From the NCBI RefSeq assembly GCF_009914755.1, contig NC_060939.1: a stretch of 64,000 nucleotides of DNA; one strand, written 5' to 3'. Positions 27,852 to 43,033 of the stretch are shown piece by piece. Both the position numbers and the translations under genes were made by a program. Position 1 is the first letter of the stretch. Every line of letters begins with the position of its first letter. The DNA is from the human T2T-CHM13v2.0 reference genome, Homo sapiens. The notes beneath the pieces are model-generated. The model ran no database searches. It was not told the origin of the DNA and saw only the letters and a list, made by a program, of their open reading frames with translations.

Positions 27852-30800
27852 GTGTAGAATATCACAATGGGTCATTGAGTTAAGTCACCCCTGATACTAA
27901 TATTTTTTATCTTTCTCCTGGGCTGATTAGATTTTGCAGGCAAGAACCTACCAGTCTCCTGCCTAGAGGCTACAGCCTTGGATCCCACCATTCTAGAAGC
28001 CCGGAGGGAGAAATGGGCTGGTGGTTTCAATAGTCCGTATATAAAAGTCACTTAAACACTCTGTTACAATACTGTCTCCTCACCATCAACTCTGGCCAGT
28101 GTTTTCCCAGTCCAGAAGCCCTCTCCAGAGGCTAAACATCTAGTTCTCTATTGTGGTGGAGGAACGGCAATTAATTGTCTACATGGAGTGGTGAAGGGGA
28201 TATAGAACTTGAATTTCTTCCTCAACAGACTTTCAAACAACCCTCCTGTTTTTAGTTACATCCTTACCTCCTCTTCAGCCCCAGTTTCTGAACCTTTGGG
28301 ACTGGCAGATTTCTGTTGTGTAAAACAGACTGTAGCTCAGCTTTTTCTACAGCTGCCTGCTAAGTCATTATCACTCATCTATCTGCCTTCCAGCTTTCTA
28401 TTTTGTTTGCTCTTATAGATTTATGGCTTCTTAAAAAAATATATTTGCTACCATAATAGTGAGGTTTCTGAAGGGAATGAGAGCAAATGCATGTGCTCTC
28501 TTCTCCATCTGTTATATGGAGGTCCCACAATTTTATTTTTCATGTTGAGCATTTACTGGTGTTTTCCAAAAAGGCAATCCTAAATACAATAAGCCCATCA
28601 TCAAATGAAAACAATGCATCTATACTGAACACCTGCCACATACAGGGTGAAATGTCTGCATTCTGTTGAATCTCTCGTGGCCAGTTTGGAGGTGCATGTT
28701 ACCAGATGGATTTTGATGTCAGGAGTGATTTGGTTGCTTTTTTTCTCTTAAAGAAATCTACTGATTACAAATATCAGAGGTTAATTTGGAGCTCCTATCA
28801 GCTGCAGGATTCAGTGTAATAGGAGCAGAGAAAAAACTGTTTTAACCAAAACCCAAGAGAAAATAAGAATCCAAACACAATCTGCTAAAAATAAAATAGC
28901 AGTGTGGACTAATTGACTCATAGAGTTCTGTGTGAAGAGAATTCAGATTTCTCCAGCTGACCAGCTCCCTGAGCAGCTGGAAAAATGACTTTAGCTCAAT
29001 GTCACTGGCTGTGATCTCTCCTTAGAAATTTGATTTTCACTATGGTCCTTTGAAATCTGGTGATTTTGGAGGAGACCTGGATTACACTCTGGATTTCCAT
29101 CCCATGAGCAGATGCTGCTTGCAATGCCAACTGAAGCATCAACTCATGTTAAAAAAAAAAATCTGCTTTGAAAGCAGAGAGGGGATGGAGCCATGCTTCC
29201 CAGGTACAGTGGGTGCCAGCTAAGATTCTTTCGCACTCCAGCTTCAAGTCTTACCTGAAGGCAGATACTACATTCCACCACTGGGAAGGAGAGAAAGCAG
29301 GATTAAAGGCACATTTGCATTGAAGTAGTGCAAATAAATGCAACCCAGAGCAGCTGAAACCTGAGCCCAGAACGATGTGACTCCTCCATTTGAACTTCTA
29401 AGGGGACTACTTTTATGGTGCCATGGCAACAGCATCACCTTCCATGGTTCTCTTGAAGAAAATTTTGCAGAAACATAATCAGAATATATGAGTATTTGGC
29501 ACTGATTTGATGAGCCAGTGATCAAAGTATTCATTTCTTATCACATTTTGTTGTGCAGCTTTTAATTTCTAAGAAATTATCCAAATAATATTCAGCATAG
29601 AAAAATTAGAATATGCACATAAATAAGGAAAACTACCAGTAGTCTCTCAACTCAGATATAAGCACTGCCTTGCAGTTATTTTCCTATGCCTATATACCCA
29701 ACTATATGCAAGAGGGAGGGTAAAATAAAGATTCTTTTTTGAGACAAAGAAGGAAAGGGTTTTCTACTCATAGACCTTCACTGAAATAATTACACAGAGC
29801 TGTCAGTCAAGAAAATAATTAAAGCCAGAGTGGGATGTGAGGGAAAAAATTATGAGGAAAGAAAGGTAAACTTCTTTCAAAAAGAATCTATTGTACGTAT
29901 CTAACGTGAGTGAAGTGAGAATAAATACAAGACTATCATAACAGAAAGAGCAGAGAAGTTAACTTTAGATTGTGTTGAGTTAAACATATATTAAGTGCTT
30001 AAGAGCAAGCACTAGAAGAATAGAAATAGAATGTACAACTTCCGTGCTAGTTGAGAATGAAAATGGGGGATGAGAAGAATAAAGAAAACAATTCAGTGGA
30101 AGTGAGAACATTAGTCTTCTTGAGCTGCCATAATAAAATACCATGACTGGTGGCTTCTGCAACAGACATTTATTTCTCACCACCCATAAGGTGACTCTCC
30201 CCCTAAACCCAATGTCATTGACAAAAGCAACACCTACCAAAGAGGAGGGATAAGGACGTGGCTGAGATTCACTCAGTACTTAAATCCCATTAAAGCAAAG
30301 ATCAGACTAGAAAAGCAGGGCACAGACAGAGAGCCTGATCCTTGGAAAAGAAGAGGTCTACAGTTCATTCGACTTCAGTGTTTAAGAATGAAGGGTCAGC
30401 GGTTCAGTCCTTCAACAAATAGCAATCCAGTACCTGCTAGGGAGGAAGATGAGAATTTCAGGACCAAATTATTCATTCAAAAGACGTAAAGAAAATACAG
30501 AATAGACAGCACTTAGATCTACTGTAAAAGAACCTCAGGGATGTCATTTTTAAATGCTTTAAAAAGGGATCCACAAATCCAGAGGTATTATATATGTGAA
30601 ATTTTCACTGACTAGAAACAAAAGTTTGTGTTGGATGAACTACTCCCTAAAAAGCCCATCTCCTCAGCTCATGGGAATGTTGCTGTTTGTGCTGAGTGAA
30701 AGGGCATTTCCACTTCTCCAACTGCAAAAGCTGTATTTCTTTCAATATTAAGGTTAATGAGGGCTGGGCCCTGTAATCTACATGAGTAGGTTAATTCTCA

Positions 30801-32031
30801 TGTGTCCTAGATAGTTGAGAGAAAAAGAGATTTAGAACTTCAGCTGAAGGGGAATGCACAGACCGCCATGCCGGAAATGAAGGCGTGCAAAGGAAGCGAG
30901 GAAAATCACTCCGTACAGGGGTCACTCCACCTCAGCTTCTCCACCTGTGAAGGAGGCATGCCCAACTGAGCCCTCCCTCCCCAAGGCATGAAAGAGACAT
31001 GCCAGTTCACAGGCTTCAAACACTTTTGGAGAAAAGCAGTTATAGATATCATTCAAGATTTGATGATATTATAGTAAGAGAAATATTTTATCAAAATTAA
31101 CAGAGCTGCCATGACATTGGCTGGAAGAACACAAGCATCTTGAGTGTGTTTTCAGAAGTGGGATGTGCTTTGAATTGATCTCCTGCCCCGTTATCAAGAG
31201 TGTGACTTGCAAGATGCCGTTAGAAACATCTTTATCCTACTAAGTTGAAAGATAAACGTTTTGAAACGTTACAATTAAATGAGACTATTTCAACATGTTT
31301 GTTTAAAACGATGACACATTGTGCCCAAAGGTAAAAGAGTGGGACCCCTGTCATGACATCCTTTCTCATTCAAGGCTGTTTTTGACACTGTTGTGACGAC
31401 AAAGGTGAGGGCAAAGAAGGCAGACATAAGAGGTTCCTGTGTGTTAACCCTCACAATAAAGTCTTCACTGTTCCCTTCAAATATATAGGTGCCTTCATTG
31501 TTAAAATCAAAGCTGATAAACAGAATGATTTTGGATTCATTCACTCTGGCACTGCCTGGCTCCGCGCTAGACACTTTGTGCTAGAAAACCATGGTGTGAA
31601 GAAAAAGGCCGGTAGTAGAGACAAAAACAAACTAGATAAGCAATCAAATAGCTTGAATTATGGTTAATATGAAATGCCAGAGCAGACGGGACTCATCTAC
31701 AGTGATAGAGGATTGTCTGGGGTTAAGGTACAGAAGATTGAATTTGGAGGATCAGGAGGAAATATGGGGGTGATTTAAAATGTACTATATTTTGATTAGG
31801 ATGAAAGTTATATATATTTGTCAAAACTAATTGAATTGCATACTTATAATGAACACATTTTATTGTGTATAAATTACACCTCGATAAAGTGTAAACACTC
31901 ACAGAAAATTATGTGACACATGCTATGAAGGAGACAAACCCAGATAACATAGTGGGGTGGAGTTGAGGTCAACTTAGATGAGGTGTCTCAAGAAGTCTTT
32001 TCTGGCAAATAAGATTCTCTGTTGGAAGGAG

Positions 32032-32473
32032 TATTAAATAAAATTTATGGGACACTGTTGTTTTGGACTGAACTTCTGCACTAGGCCCCAAGATACCAGC
32101 CCAAACCAAAATGGAGTGAGTCACTTGTGCTGGGTGCTACGTAAGCACTGAACTTACAAACAGGCCTGTTTTTCAAGAAAACAGGAGATTCACAGCAAGC
32201 AGTCCAAAGGGGTCCAGTCAACCTCAGCTGGCATGATAAGAAAGTCTCCTCTGCTTTAACCCCATAAAGAAAGTAGCTTTGAAATGACTGATCTGTGTTT
32301 TATTCCCTGTTTCTGCTTTCTTCAGCCTTTTCTGCCTATAAAGCTCACCTCCTCTGCTCAGCTCATCAAAGCACCTTTAAATTTCATAGATAGGGTGCTG
32401 CCTGATTCATGAATTACTAATAAAAGCCAATTCTATCACTAAACTCAATTTGTTAAAATTTTGTCTTTTGACA
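32032..32473 (+). mobile_element. ERV1-class solo LTR (family not assigned)
   Basis: TA(TG)...CA ends; 4-bp TSD GGAG at 32028-32031 and 32474-32477; TATAAA at 32337-32342; AATAAA at 32419-32424. Confidence 0.8.
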
Positions 32474-33130
32474 GGAGGAAAGAGCTCAATGCGGAATCAC
32501 ATAGGCAAAGGCTCTGATTATTTTCCTTGCAATCGAAGACAAAAGCCGCCATGTTTATTAAAATGAAAGTCGTATTTTTACTCTTCCCTGGAAAGAAGTA
32601 TGTGCAACCAGACCATCCCACCAAAGTCCTTCTAGGTAGGGGGATAGGAGAGTATTAGCTAAAGAATACAAAGTTTTTTGGGGGGGTTGATAAAAATGTT
32701 CTAAAATTGACTGTGCTAATGGTTGGTTACATTTATCTGTGAATATACCAAAAACAATTGAATTGTATGCTCTAAATGAGTGAATTGTATAGGTGTAAAT
32801 TATATCTTAATTTTTTAAAGTTTTAAAGGTAATATAATTCTCTGATGAGCCAGGTTAGGATGTGAACTTTAGCCATGGACTAAAGCAAAGTACACGGGAA
32901 AAAAAATCCTTCATTTTGACTTAGCATCATATATGTTGAAACAACAAAATGTAACTAGAGAAAATTTAAATATATTTTCTATTTCATTCATATGCCAAAG
33001 GAAAATTAAACTCCCCTTCCTCCAAAAAATGGAATAACCGTACCCAGTAAGAGACTTCTATTTTTGATAGCATGGCACTTTGGATACATTGAAGAGCCCT
33101 CTCAAGTGAAATAAAAATTCTGGGTAACTG

Positions 33131-33638
<508 letters not shown>

Positions 33639-33915
33639 ACGTTTATTATTTTAAATGTATTATACAGCTGGCATAAAATAACCTAAAGGGCCCTAACAAA
33701 AAGTGAAATCTTGGGGAGGTGAATATCTAAAGCTGAGGATAATAGTGAGAATACGCTAGGTCACACAGTGGTAACAAACACAATCTCAGTGATTAATGTA
33801 ACAGCAATTTATTTTTCATTCGTGCTTCATCTCTGCAGGGGCCTCTGGTTACTCTAATTCTGTGTGGACCCTGGTTGATGGAAACTTCAATCCAACCTTT
33901 GACAATTGAAGTGAA

Positions 33916-34428
<513 letters not shown>

Positions 34429-35054
34429 TAAAAACTAGGATCCTTATACTATATTTCAATGATGGAGCTCCCTTTTATATATTAAAATCAAACCAGTTAT
34501 TATAACACAATGGAATTGACACTCTAGGGTAATGGATATAAAAAGGAATCTGGCTACTCTTTATTGTAAGAGTTACACAGTTTTAAAATAAGTTCCTTCA
34601 ATTTCAAAGGAGACTCAAATGGTGTGAAAAGTGCTTTCTAAACTGAGAATTCAGAAAGCCAGTTTAGATTTCCTGGATAGGCTCTGTGGTGTAAGGCCAT
34701 GGTAATTATTAATGGAAATCTTTAAACCCTGTATCATATAGTCACACTTTCTTGCTTCATAAAACGATTTAGATCAATCTCTCCTTTGGAAGACAAAGAA
34801 GAATCTGGCTCTACATTCTTGGCCTTTAGAGTTTGTGCTACCTAAATTGTCTATTTGCTCTTGGACTACATTGTTCCGTAAGGATCTCCACTAACTAAAC
34901 CATTCTGGACATAAATGCTGGAATTCGCCTTCTTTAAACATCATTCCAGTGGGCCACTTCTCTTCTCAGGAAATGTCATCAATTCCTGAGTAAAAGCACG
35001 TATTCTCTCATATCAAATCCAAATTTCCACACTTGTCTTTCAAATTCTTGCACA

Positions 35055-35336
35055 TCACACACACACACATACACACGTGTAGGTACAATGTGTAATATAT
35101 AATATATATACAGTATATCAATATATTTAAATATAGTCATATTAATATGATTATAAAGTATTGTTTTATTTATATAAATTTATAAGTATATACATTTTAC
35201 ATGTAAATATAAACATATAAATTATTTATATAATTTTATGTATATAAAAATTTTACTATATTTTTAAACATTATTTTTATCTGTTCTCTACTTTCTAAAT
35301 GAAATTTCATTTCTGAATTCTAACAACCTATATTAC
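35055..35336. repeat. (CA)n followed by AT-rich low-complexity tract
   Basis: Directly visible. Confidence 0.85.
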
Positions 35337-37915
35337 TTTTTAAAAATATAATGTCAACTTTTATTTTAGATTCAGGGGATACATATGCAGGTTTGCTACT
35401 TTGGTATATTGTGTGGTGCTGAGATTTGGGGTACAATTAATCCTGTCACTCAGGTTGTGAACATAGTACCTGATTGTTTTTCAAATGATCCCTCCTCTCT
35501 CCCTCCCTCTCCCTTCTAGTAGTTCCCAGTGTCTTTTGTTGCCATCCTATGTCTATGAGTACACAATGTGGTTGAGAACATGCAGTATTTGATTTTCTGT
35601 TCCTGCGTTAATTCACTTAGGATATTGGTCTCCAGCTGCATCTATGTTGCTGCAAAGGACATTATCTCATGCTTTTTTATGGATGAGTAGTATTCCATGA
35701 TTTATATGTGCCACATTTTCTTTATCAAATCTGTCATTGATGGACATCTGGTTTGATTCCATGTCTTTGCTATTGTGAATAGTTCTGTGATGAACATATG
35801 CATGCACGTGTCCTTTTGGTAGAGTGATTTATTTTCTTTTGGATATATACCCAGTAATAAGATTGGTAGATCAAATGGTAGTTCTGTTTTAAGTTCTTTC
35901 TGCAGTGACTGAACTAATATACATTCCCACCAGCAGTGTACAGGTGCTCCCTTTTCTCTGAAGCCCCACCAGCATGTGTAACTTTTGACTTTTTACTAAT
36001 AGCCATTCTGACTGCTGTGAAATGGTATCTCATTATGGTTTTGATTTGTATTTCTCTGATGATTGGTGATGTTGAGCATCTTTTCATATGTTTGTTGGCT
36101 GCTTGTGTGCCTTCTTTTGAGAAGCGTCTGTTCATGTCTTTTGCCCATTTTTAATAGGGTTATTTGTTTTTTACTTCTTCAATTGTCTAAGTTCCTTCTA
36201 TATTCTAGATATTAGCATATAGATGTTGGATGCATAGTTTGAGAATATTTTCTCCTATCTGGTAGGTTGTCTGTTTACTCTGTTGATCGTTTCTTTTGCT
36301 GTGCAGAAACTCTTTAATGTAATTAGGTCCTACTCATCATTTTTGTTTTTGTTGCTATTGCTTTTGAGGACTTAGTCATAAATTATTTCCCAAGGCTAAT
36401 GTCCAGAATGATGTTTCCTAGGTTTTCCTCTAGGATATTTATATTTTGAGGTCCTGCATTTAAACCCTTAAATCTTTAATCTATCTTGAGTTAGTTTTTA
36501 TATATGGTGAAAGGTATGGGTCCGATTTTATTCTTCTGCACATGACTAGCCAGCTATCCCAGCACCATTTATTGAATGGGGAGTCCTTTTCCTATTGCTT
36601 AGTTTAGTCAACTTTGTCAAAGATCAGGTGGCTGTAAGTGTACAGCTTTATTTATGGGTTCTCCATTGTGTTCCATTGCCCTATGTGTCTGTTTTTTTTT
36701 TTTTTATACCAGTACCATGCTGTTTTGGTTATTGTGGCCTTATACTATAATTTGAAGTCCAGTAATGTGATGCCTCCAGCTTTGTTCTTTTTGCTTAGGA
36801 TTGCTTTGGCTGTTCAGGATCTTTTTTGGTTCCACATGAATTTTAGAATAGTGTTTTCTCTTTCTGTGAAAAAATGACATTGGTGATTTGATAGGAATAG
36901 CATTGAATCTGTAGATTGCTTTGGGTAGTATGATAACAACATTGATTCTTCCAATCCATGAGCATGGAATGTTTTCCATTTGTTTGTGTAATCTGTGATT
37001 TCTTTCAGTAGTGTTTTGTAGTTCTCCTTTTAGAAAACTTTCTTCTCCTTGGTTAAATGAATTTCTAGGTATTTTAAATTTTTGTGACCATTGTACATGG
37101 GATTGTATTCTTGATTTGGCTCTTGGCCTGGCTGTTATTGGTGTGTAGAAATGATACTGATTTTTGTACATTGAGTTTATATCCTGAAACTTTACTGAAG
37201 TTGTTTATCAGTTCCAGGAGCCTTTTGGTGGAGTCTTCAGGGTTTTTGAGGTATAGAATCATATCAGCTATGAAGAGAGATCTTTTAGCTTCTTCTTTTC
37301 CTATTTGGATGTCTTTTATTTCTTTCTGTTGCCTGATTGCTCTGGCTAGGACTTCCAGTACTATGTTGAATAATAGGAGTTGTGAAAGTAGGCATCCTTG
37401 TCTTGTTCTAGTTCTCAAGGGGAATGCTTTCAGTTTTTGCCCATTCAGTATGACATTGGCTGTGGGTTTGTCCTTGATGGCTCTTAGTATTTTGAGATGT
37501 GTTCCTTCAGTGCCTAGTTTCTGGAGGGTTTTTAGTCAGGAAGGGATGTTATATTTTACTGAAAGCTTTTTTTGCATCTATTGAGATGATCATATGATTT
37601 TTTATTTTAATTCTGTGTATGTAGTGAATCACATTTATTGATTTGTCTATGTTGAACCAACTTGGCATCCCAAGAATGAAGCCTACTTGATCATGGTGAA
37701 TTAACTTTTTGATGTGCTATTGGATTTGGTAGTATTTTGCTGAGGATTTTTGCATGTATGTTTAGTGGGGATACTGACATGTAGTTTGATTATTTCATGT
37801 GTCTTTGCCAGATTTTGGTATCAGGGTGGTGCTGACTTCATAGAATGAGTTAGGGAGGAGTCCCTCTTCCTCCATTTTTGGGAATAGTTTCAGTCTGATC
37901 TGGTAGAATTTGGCC
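35337..37915 (-). mobile_element. 5'-truncated L1 (L1PA15/16-like), 3' part of ORF2 plus 3'UTR
   Basis: Decayed ORF2 pieces: [34 protein letters not shown] (RT), [42 protein letters not shown]. Confidence 0.93.
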
Positions 37916-38445
37916 ACAACTTGCTAAACTCCCTGATAATAAGAGCTATCAGACCCCCTCCTAACTCTGATTTACAACCCAGATCACTACAACTCTGACT
38001 GGGCAGAGGACCAGCCTTATAAACATTCTCTTCAACTGAAGACCATAAGCCAGTTTCGGCCAATATATAAAGGTTATGTGCAAACTCTCTTTGTGTCCTA
38101 TAGTTCACTTTTGGTGTAAATCGCCAAATTTCACTTCATTTTAATGCTAAACCCCTGCCCCAAAGTGAACATGGGATGTACATTACATATATGTTTACCT
38201 ATTGTGCATATCTTGGATCCTTCATAAATATGGACAGCTTCCCCGCACACCTGCTAAATATGTATGACATGGTTGTGTAATATGGACTGTGTGAGTCATA
38301 AAACCCAACCTGCCCTTTCCTTCCTCGAAGACAGAGTACCTTTGGTCCAGACTGGAGACTATTTCTTCCTGGTTTGCAAACTGACATCTACAATAAAGCT
38401 CTCCTTTCTACTATGTAGCCATTCCTGGTGGTCTTTTAGATGACA
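37916..38445 (+). mobile_element. ERV LTR, 3' portion (LTR47/MER72-like, family uncertain)
   Basis: CATAAAA box, AATAAAGCTCTCC and terminal GGTGGTCTTTTAGATGACA. Confidence 0.6.
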
Positions 38446-40443
38446 GCCCTTACCCACTGTACCCTAATCCTTCCCACTTGTTTGAAGATGTCTAAAATTC
38501 TACCTAGTCATTTCATTCATTTGAAGAGTAATGCAGATCCTCCAGTAGGTGTGATCACATAGGCTGTTCTCAATTCAAATTTTAGTTTAAATATGTTTCT
38601 AATACTTCCCAGAGTTAAAGGAAAACAGATATAATATATAGTGGGTGGTGTTCCACCAAAACGCTTGCGTAATACAAGAAAAACATCACACGCACACACA
38701 ACCCTTACCCAAGAGGTGTGTTCAGGCACTCATGTTTTTTTTCCCTGAGCTGTAGCAGCTCCATATTCTTATTTCTCTTGGCAACTTTTTGCCTTCTTTG
38801 CTTTCTCAACCCATCTTGGCCACCATCTGCTATGTGTCAGTTCCAGAGACCACAAACAACTAACAGCACCACCTGTGCTTCTTAGTTCCAGCTAAAGAGA
38901 GGAAAAAATGTCTGATTGGTTGCTGGTCCTTAGATATACAAGTCCTCATGCCAGACATATTCCCCTCTGGTTCCATTAGACCTGGGGCCATGCATGAAAC
39001 AAACTTGTCTGCCTAGGGCCATTCCTTCAGGAGGAGTTACATGAGTAAATCTGTGTAGGAGAGATGGGTACAGTTCATTTATAAGGGGGAACTGAAGAGA
39101 TAGAGAATGCAGAATGCCTGCTGTTCCTGATGGTTTTGCAGTTCTAAATTCCCATTTGCTATGAAGTCTAAGTCTACTTTATATCTTCAGATTTTAGGAG
39201 TTCCTCTATATCTCTTTAATAAACTCCCTTCCTAACTTAACTCCCTAGTTTGAGGAGAGTTCTGTTCCTTGAGACTAAGAGCATTGACCAGGATCTAGAG
39301 CCAAAGAACATGAAGCCCAAATCCCTAAAAACACAAAAGAAATTCCATGAGGCAGAGGCATGGCACAAAGCCAGGAAGTTGAGTGGGAGTAGGAGTAGGG
39401 ACAGTGTTTCTCCCTAAGTGCCTGCTCCTGTACAGATCCAGCTGGCAGGAAAAGGAGTTAGTTGGAAGTCTTGGCTTGTGGAGTCAAATTCTCTCATGTC
39501 AACTTATTTAGACAATAGATGGAATACTTGTCCATCTATGCTGATTCCATATATACAAAGGGAAGAGAGGAAAGGCCAGGCTCTCAAATGTGGGTGAGAA
39601 GGGCATGGGGAGAATAGTGGGAGTTGAAGAGCACAGAAAAACAGCAGGCAGATCCTTTTCACATGGCCATCAGTCCAACCCTCTGTTGATTGTTCTCACC
39701 TGTATTATGTGTGGGAGCACACACTCACATGCACACACATAGCTGCTGCTCCTCCTGCCCACACCACGACTCTCTGTAATTTGTCTTCCAGGTCTCCAAG
39801 AAAGAGACTTTGTGTTCCTCTTTGCCTTCCTTTACATCCTGTTATAAATGCCCTTTAATTTTTTTCTTCCCACTGAGCTTTCTATTCCTTCATTTTTCCT
39901 ATTCATTTTTCCTATTCTCAAGAGAAACTCAATGTAGAGAAACCATAACAATGTGATTTGAAGAGACTTCCGTAGCCCACCTCTGCCCCTCTCCAACACC
40001 TCCCAACCCAGCCTCCAAAGTTCATGCTAAAAAGAAAGAAATGGGAACGGAAGGAAAGTAAACTTAATTGAATAATTCAGCTCATACTGGGCATGGTGCT
40101 GAGTATCGTAAGCACATTTTGTTCCATTCTCATGACAACTCTGAGAACACGATTTTAGTTAGCCCTTCTTTCCTGAAGAAGCTAGGTGATTTACTTAAAG
40201 ACCACTCAACTCATCAGTGGCAGAGCTAGGATTTAAACTCAAATCTTTTTGACCCGAAGCCCATGCAACATCAATCCTTTGGGCTAGTCTAATAAGAAAC
40301 TATATGTAGAAAACTTTGGTTAAATTATGCTTGTGTTCTCTGGCAGGGAGATCTGTTCGAGCGTTCCCTTGGGAACATAGTTTAGGTAAGAGATTGCTTA
40401 ATTGGCACAGTCTGCTCTTTGAAGGATGCAGGTAAAAGATGGA

Positions 40444-40852
40444 TGATAAGGTTTGAATCTGTGTCCCCACCAAATCTTATGTTGAATTGTAATCCCTAAT
40501 GTTGGAGGGCCTGGTGGGAGGTGATTTGATCATGGAGGTGAATTTCTCATGAATGGTTTGGCACCATCCCCTTGGTACTGTCCTCACGTTAGTGACTGAG
40601 TTCTCATGAGATCTAGTCATTTAAAAGTGTGTGGCATCTCCCTGCCCCTAGCTCCTGCTCCCACCATGTGAGATGCCTCACTCCCCCTTTGCCTTCTGTC
40701 ATGATTGGAAGCTTCCTGAGGCCTCCTCAGAAGCAGAAGCTACTATGCTTCTTTTACAGCCTGCAGAACCATGAGCCAATCCAGTATCTTTTCTTTATAA
40801 AATACCCAGTCTCAGGTATTTCTTTTTAACAATGTGAGAATGGACTAATACA
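40444..40852 (+). mobile_element. MST (MSTA-like) MaLR solo LTR
   Basis: TGATAAGGTTTGAATCTGTGTCCCCACCAAATCT...CCCAGTCTCAGGTATTTCTTT...GGACTAATACA. Confidence 0.9.
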
Positions 40853-42285
40853 ACAGGTAAGTTTCAATCTGTGACTGGAGTGACAGGGAGAATGTCCGAG
40901 ATGGCCAGCATTTTGTGGAAGACACTGGAAAAGACGACTAAAGTGTACATCCTAGAGTTCAAGAGGCTTTAGGAAAATTTCACTATTTCGCCTAAGGCAG
41001 AGTTGCTCTTAAACTTCCTACATGATGCCTGTTTTTTCATATCCTGACCTCCATGATGCCTCCAGGCCACTTGCAGTAATAGTTCCAAAGTTCCCCAAGT
41101 CATCTTCCTGTGTTAAACGCTTACCCTGTTGACCCAATTCCTTGCTTACAATTGACTCTAGAGTTTGCTTCTTATCTACTATTTAAGCCCTGTTTTAATT
41201 CTGCTTTACTTCAGCCTTCCCTTGGGGTAGTTTTCTTTCTGTCTCCCCTCTTTAGTCATGACTTCCATGGAAGTTACAGTAAAACAATGCAGGAAAATAA
41301 GCAGACAATGATGCTGAAGGACATGCAGGCCACCCCTACTTAACTCTCAGCTGACCCAGCTCCCCTTCACTTCCAGCCTCAACCAGGGAGGGGAGGGGGC
41401 CCAGAACCACAAGAACTCAGAGAACTATAGTTGAACTGAAGCTCTTTATCCTCCGAGTCAACCTTTCTTGCATCTGCTGCACCCAGGGCTAATGAATGAA
41501 CTTCAAAGAACGTCTTCAAACATCAAGTTCATCAGTGACCAGAGGTGTACTTTTGCAACCTCTCCAGGAGCTTTGTTTTGGATGTCTTCCTACCATGAGT
41601 TTAGTTACCATAGCAACAGCCAGAGAAGCTCTGCCTGGAAGAGAGATTTCTTGTATAATGAGCCTGGAAGACCTTAAGGTGAATAGACAACTTTTGCTGT
41701 TTTAGGCCTAAAAGACCTATATTTTTTCCCTCCCTATTAGTTCCTGGTATATATTTATAGCATTTATATCATATTAACCATAAAATGAATCTGACTTATT
41801 ATTTCCTTTTAAAAATCCAGATAGTCTGATCATATAGAGATCACTGGGTCCCTGGGTCCTGAGGCCATACTGGAATATATTATCCAAAGGCTCTCTGTCT
41901 TGCTGCCTAGTTTTGTTTGCATGAAGTCATTGCTCTTCTCAAGTCCTTCTCAGGACCTGTCAAATCAAAACTCCTGAGCTGGAAGGTGGGAGCCATCCAA
42001 CAATCAATTCTTCCCCTACAAGCCACCAGAATTTTTTCCTCCTCTAGCTCACTGGGTATGGTGTTTGCACTATTTTGTCCTCTTCCTTTGGAGAATCACC
42101 TCTCCCCTGCTAAATAGTATTGCTCAGCCCCTGCAGTAAGAATGGTATGACTTGGTTCCTAAGCCTGACCAGGCTCAGACACTTTCCTGGGACTTCTGCC
42201 AGTACTATATGGGAAGGTATTCTTTTGTCTCAGAGGCTGCTAAGTTGGTAAATCCTATATTACCTATAGGATGGTGGAGAAATCC

Positions 42286-43033
42286 TATATTAGTCTGCCA
42301 AGGCTGCCATAACAGAATACCATAGACTTGGGTGGCTGTATTAGTCTGTTTTCATGCTGCTAATAAAGACATACCTGAGACTGGGCAATTTATAAAGGAA
42401 AGAGGTTTAATTGACTCACAGTTCAGCACGGCTGGGGAGGCCTCAGGAAACTTACAATCGTGGTGGAAGTGGAAGCAAACATGTCCTTCTCCACATGGTG
42501 GCCGGAAGGAGAAGTGCCAAGAAAAGCGGGGAAAAGCCCCTTATGAAGCTATCAGATCTCATGAGCACTCACTCATTATCAATCATGAGAACAGCATGAG
42601 GGTAACCGCCCCCATGATTCAATTACCTCTCACTGGGTCCCTCCACGACATGTGGGGATTATGGGAACTACAATTCAAGATGAGATTTGGGTGAGGACAC
42701 AGCCAAACCATATCAGTGGCTTAAACAACAGACATTTACTTCTCACAGTTCTGGAGGCTGGATGTCTAAGATCAAGGTGTCAGCAGGCTTCTTTCCTCAG
42801 CTTACAGATGGGTCGCCTTCTGGCTCTGCCCTCACATGGCTTTTCCTCTGTGCTTGTACTCCTGGTGTCTCTTCTCCCTCTTAGAAGAACACCAGTCTTA
42901 TTGGATTAGGGCCTCACACTTATGACTTCATTTAACCTTCATTACTTCCTTAAAGGTCTTGTCTGCAAATACAGTCATATTGGGAGTTAGGGCTTCATAT
43001 GAGTTTTGAGGAAACACAATTCAGACTGTAATA
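42286..43033 (-). mobile_element. MLT1 solo LTR split by a THE1 insertion
   Basis: GGCTGCCATAACAGAATACCATAGACT..GGTGGC resumes as TTAAACAACAGACATTTA after the THE1. Confidence 0.85.
42337..42715 (-). mobile_element. THE1 (THE1C/D-like) solo LTR
   Basis: TGTATTAGTC...CAGCCAAACCATATCA, 379 bp; perfect 5-bp TSD GTGGC at 42332-42336 and 42716-42720. Confidence 0.93.

Noticed and set aside
36740-37584. Reverse-transcriptase-like ORFs
   Set aside because: Decayed, 5'-truncated L1 ORF2; the catalytic FADD motif reads FIAD
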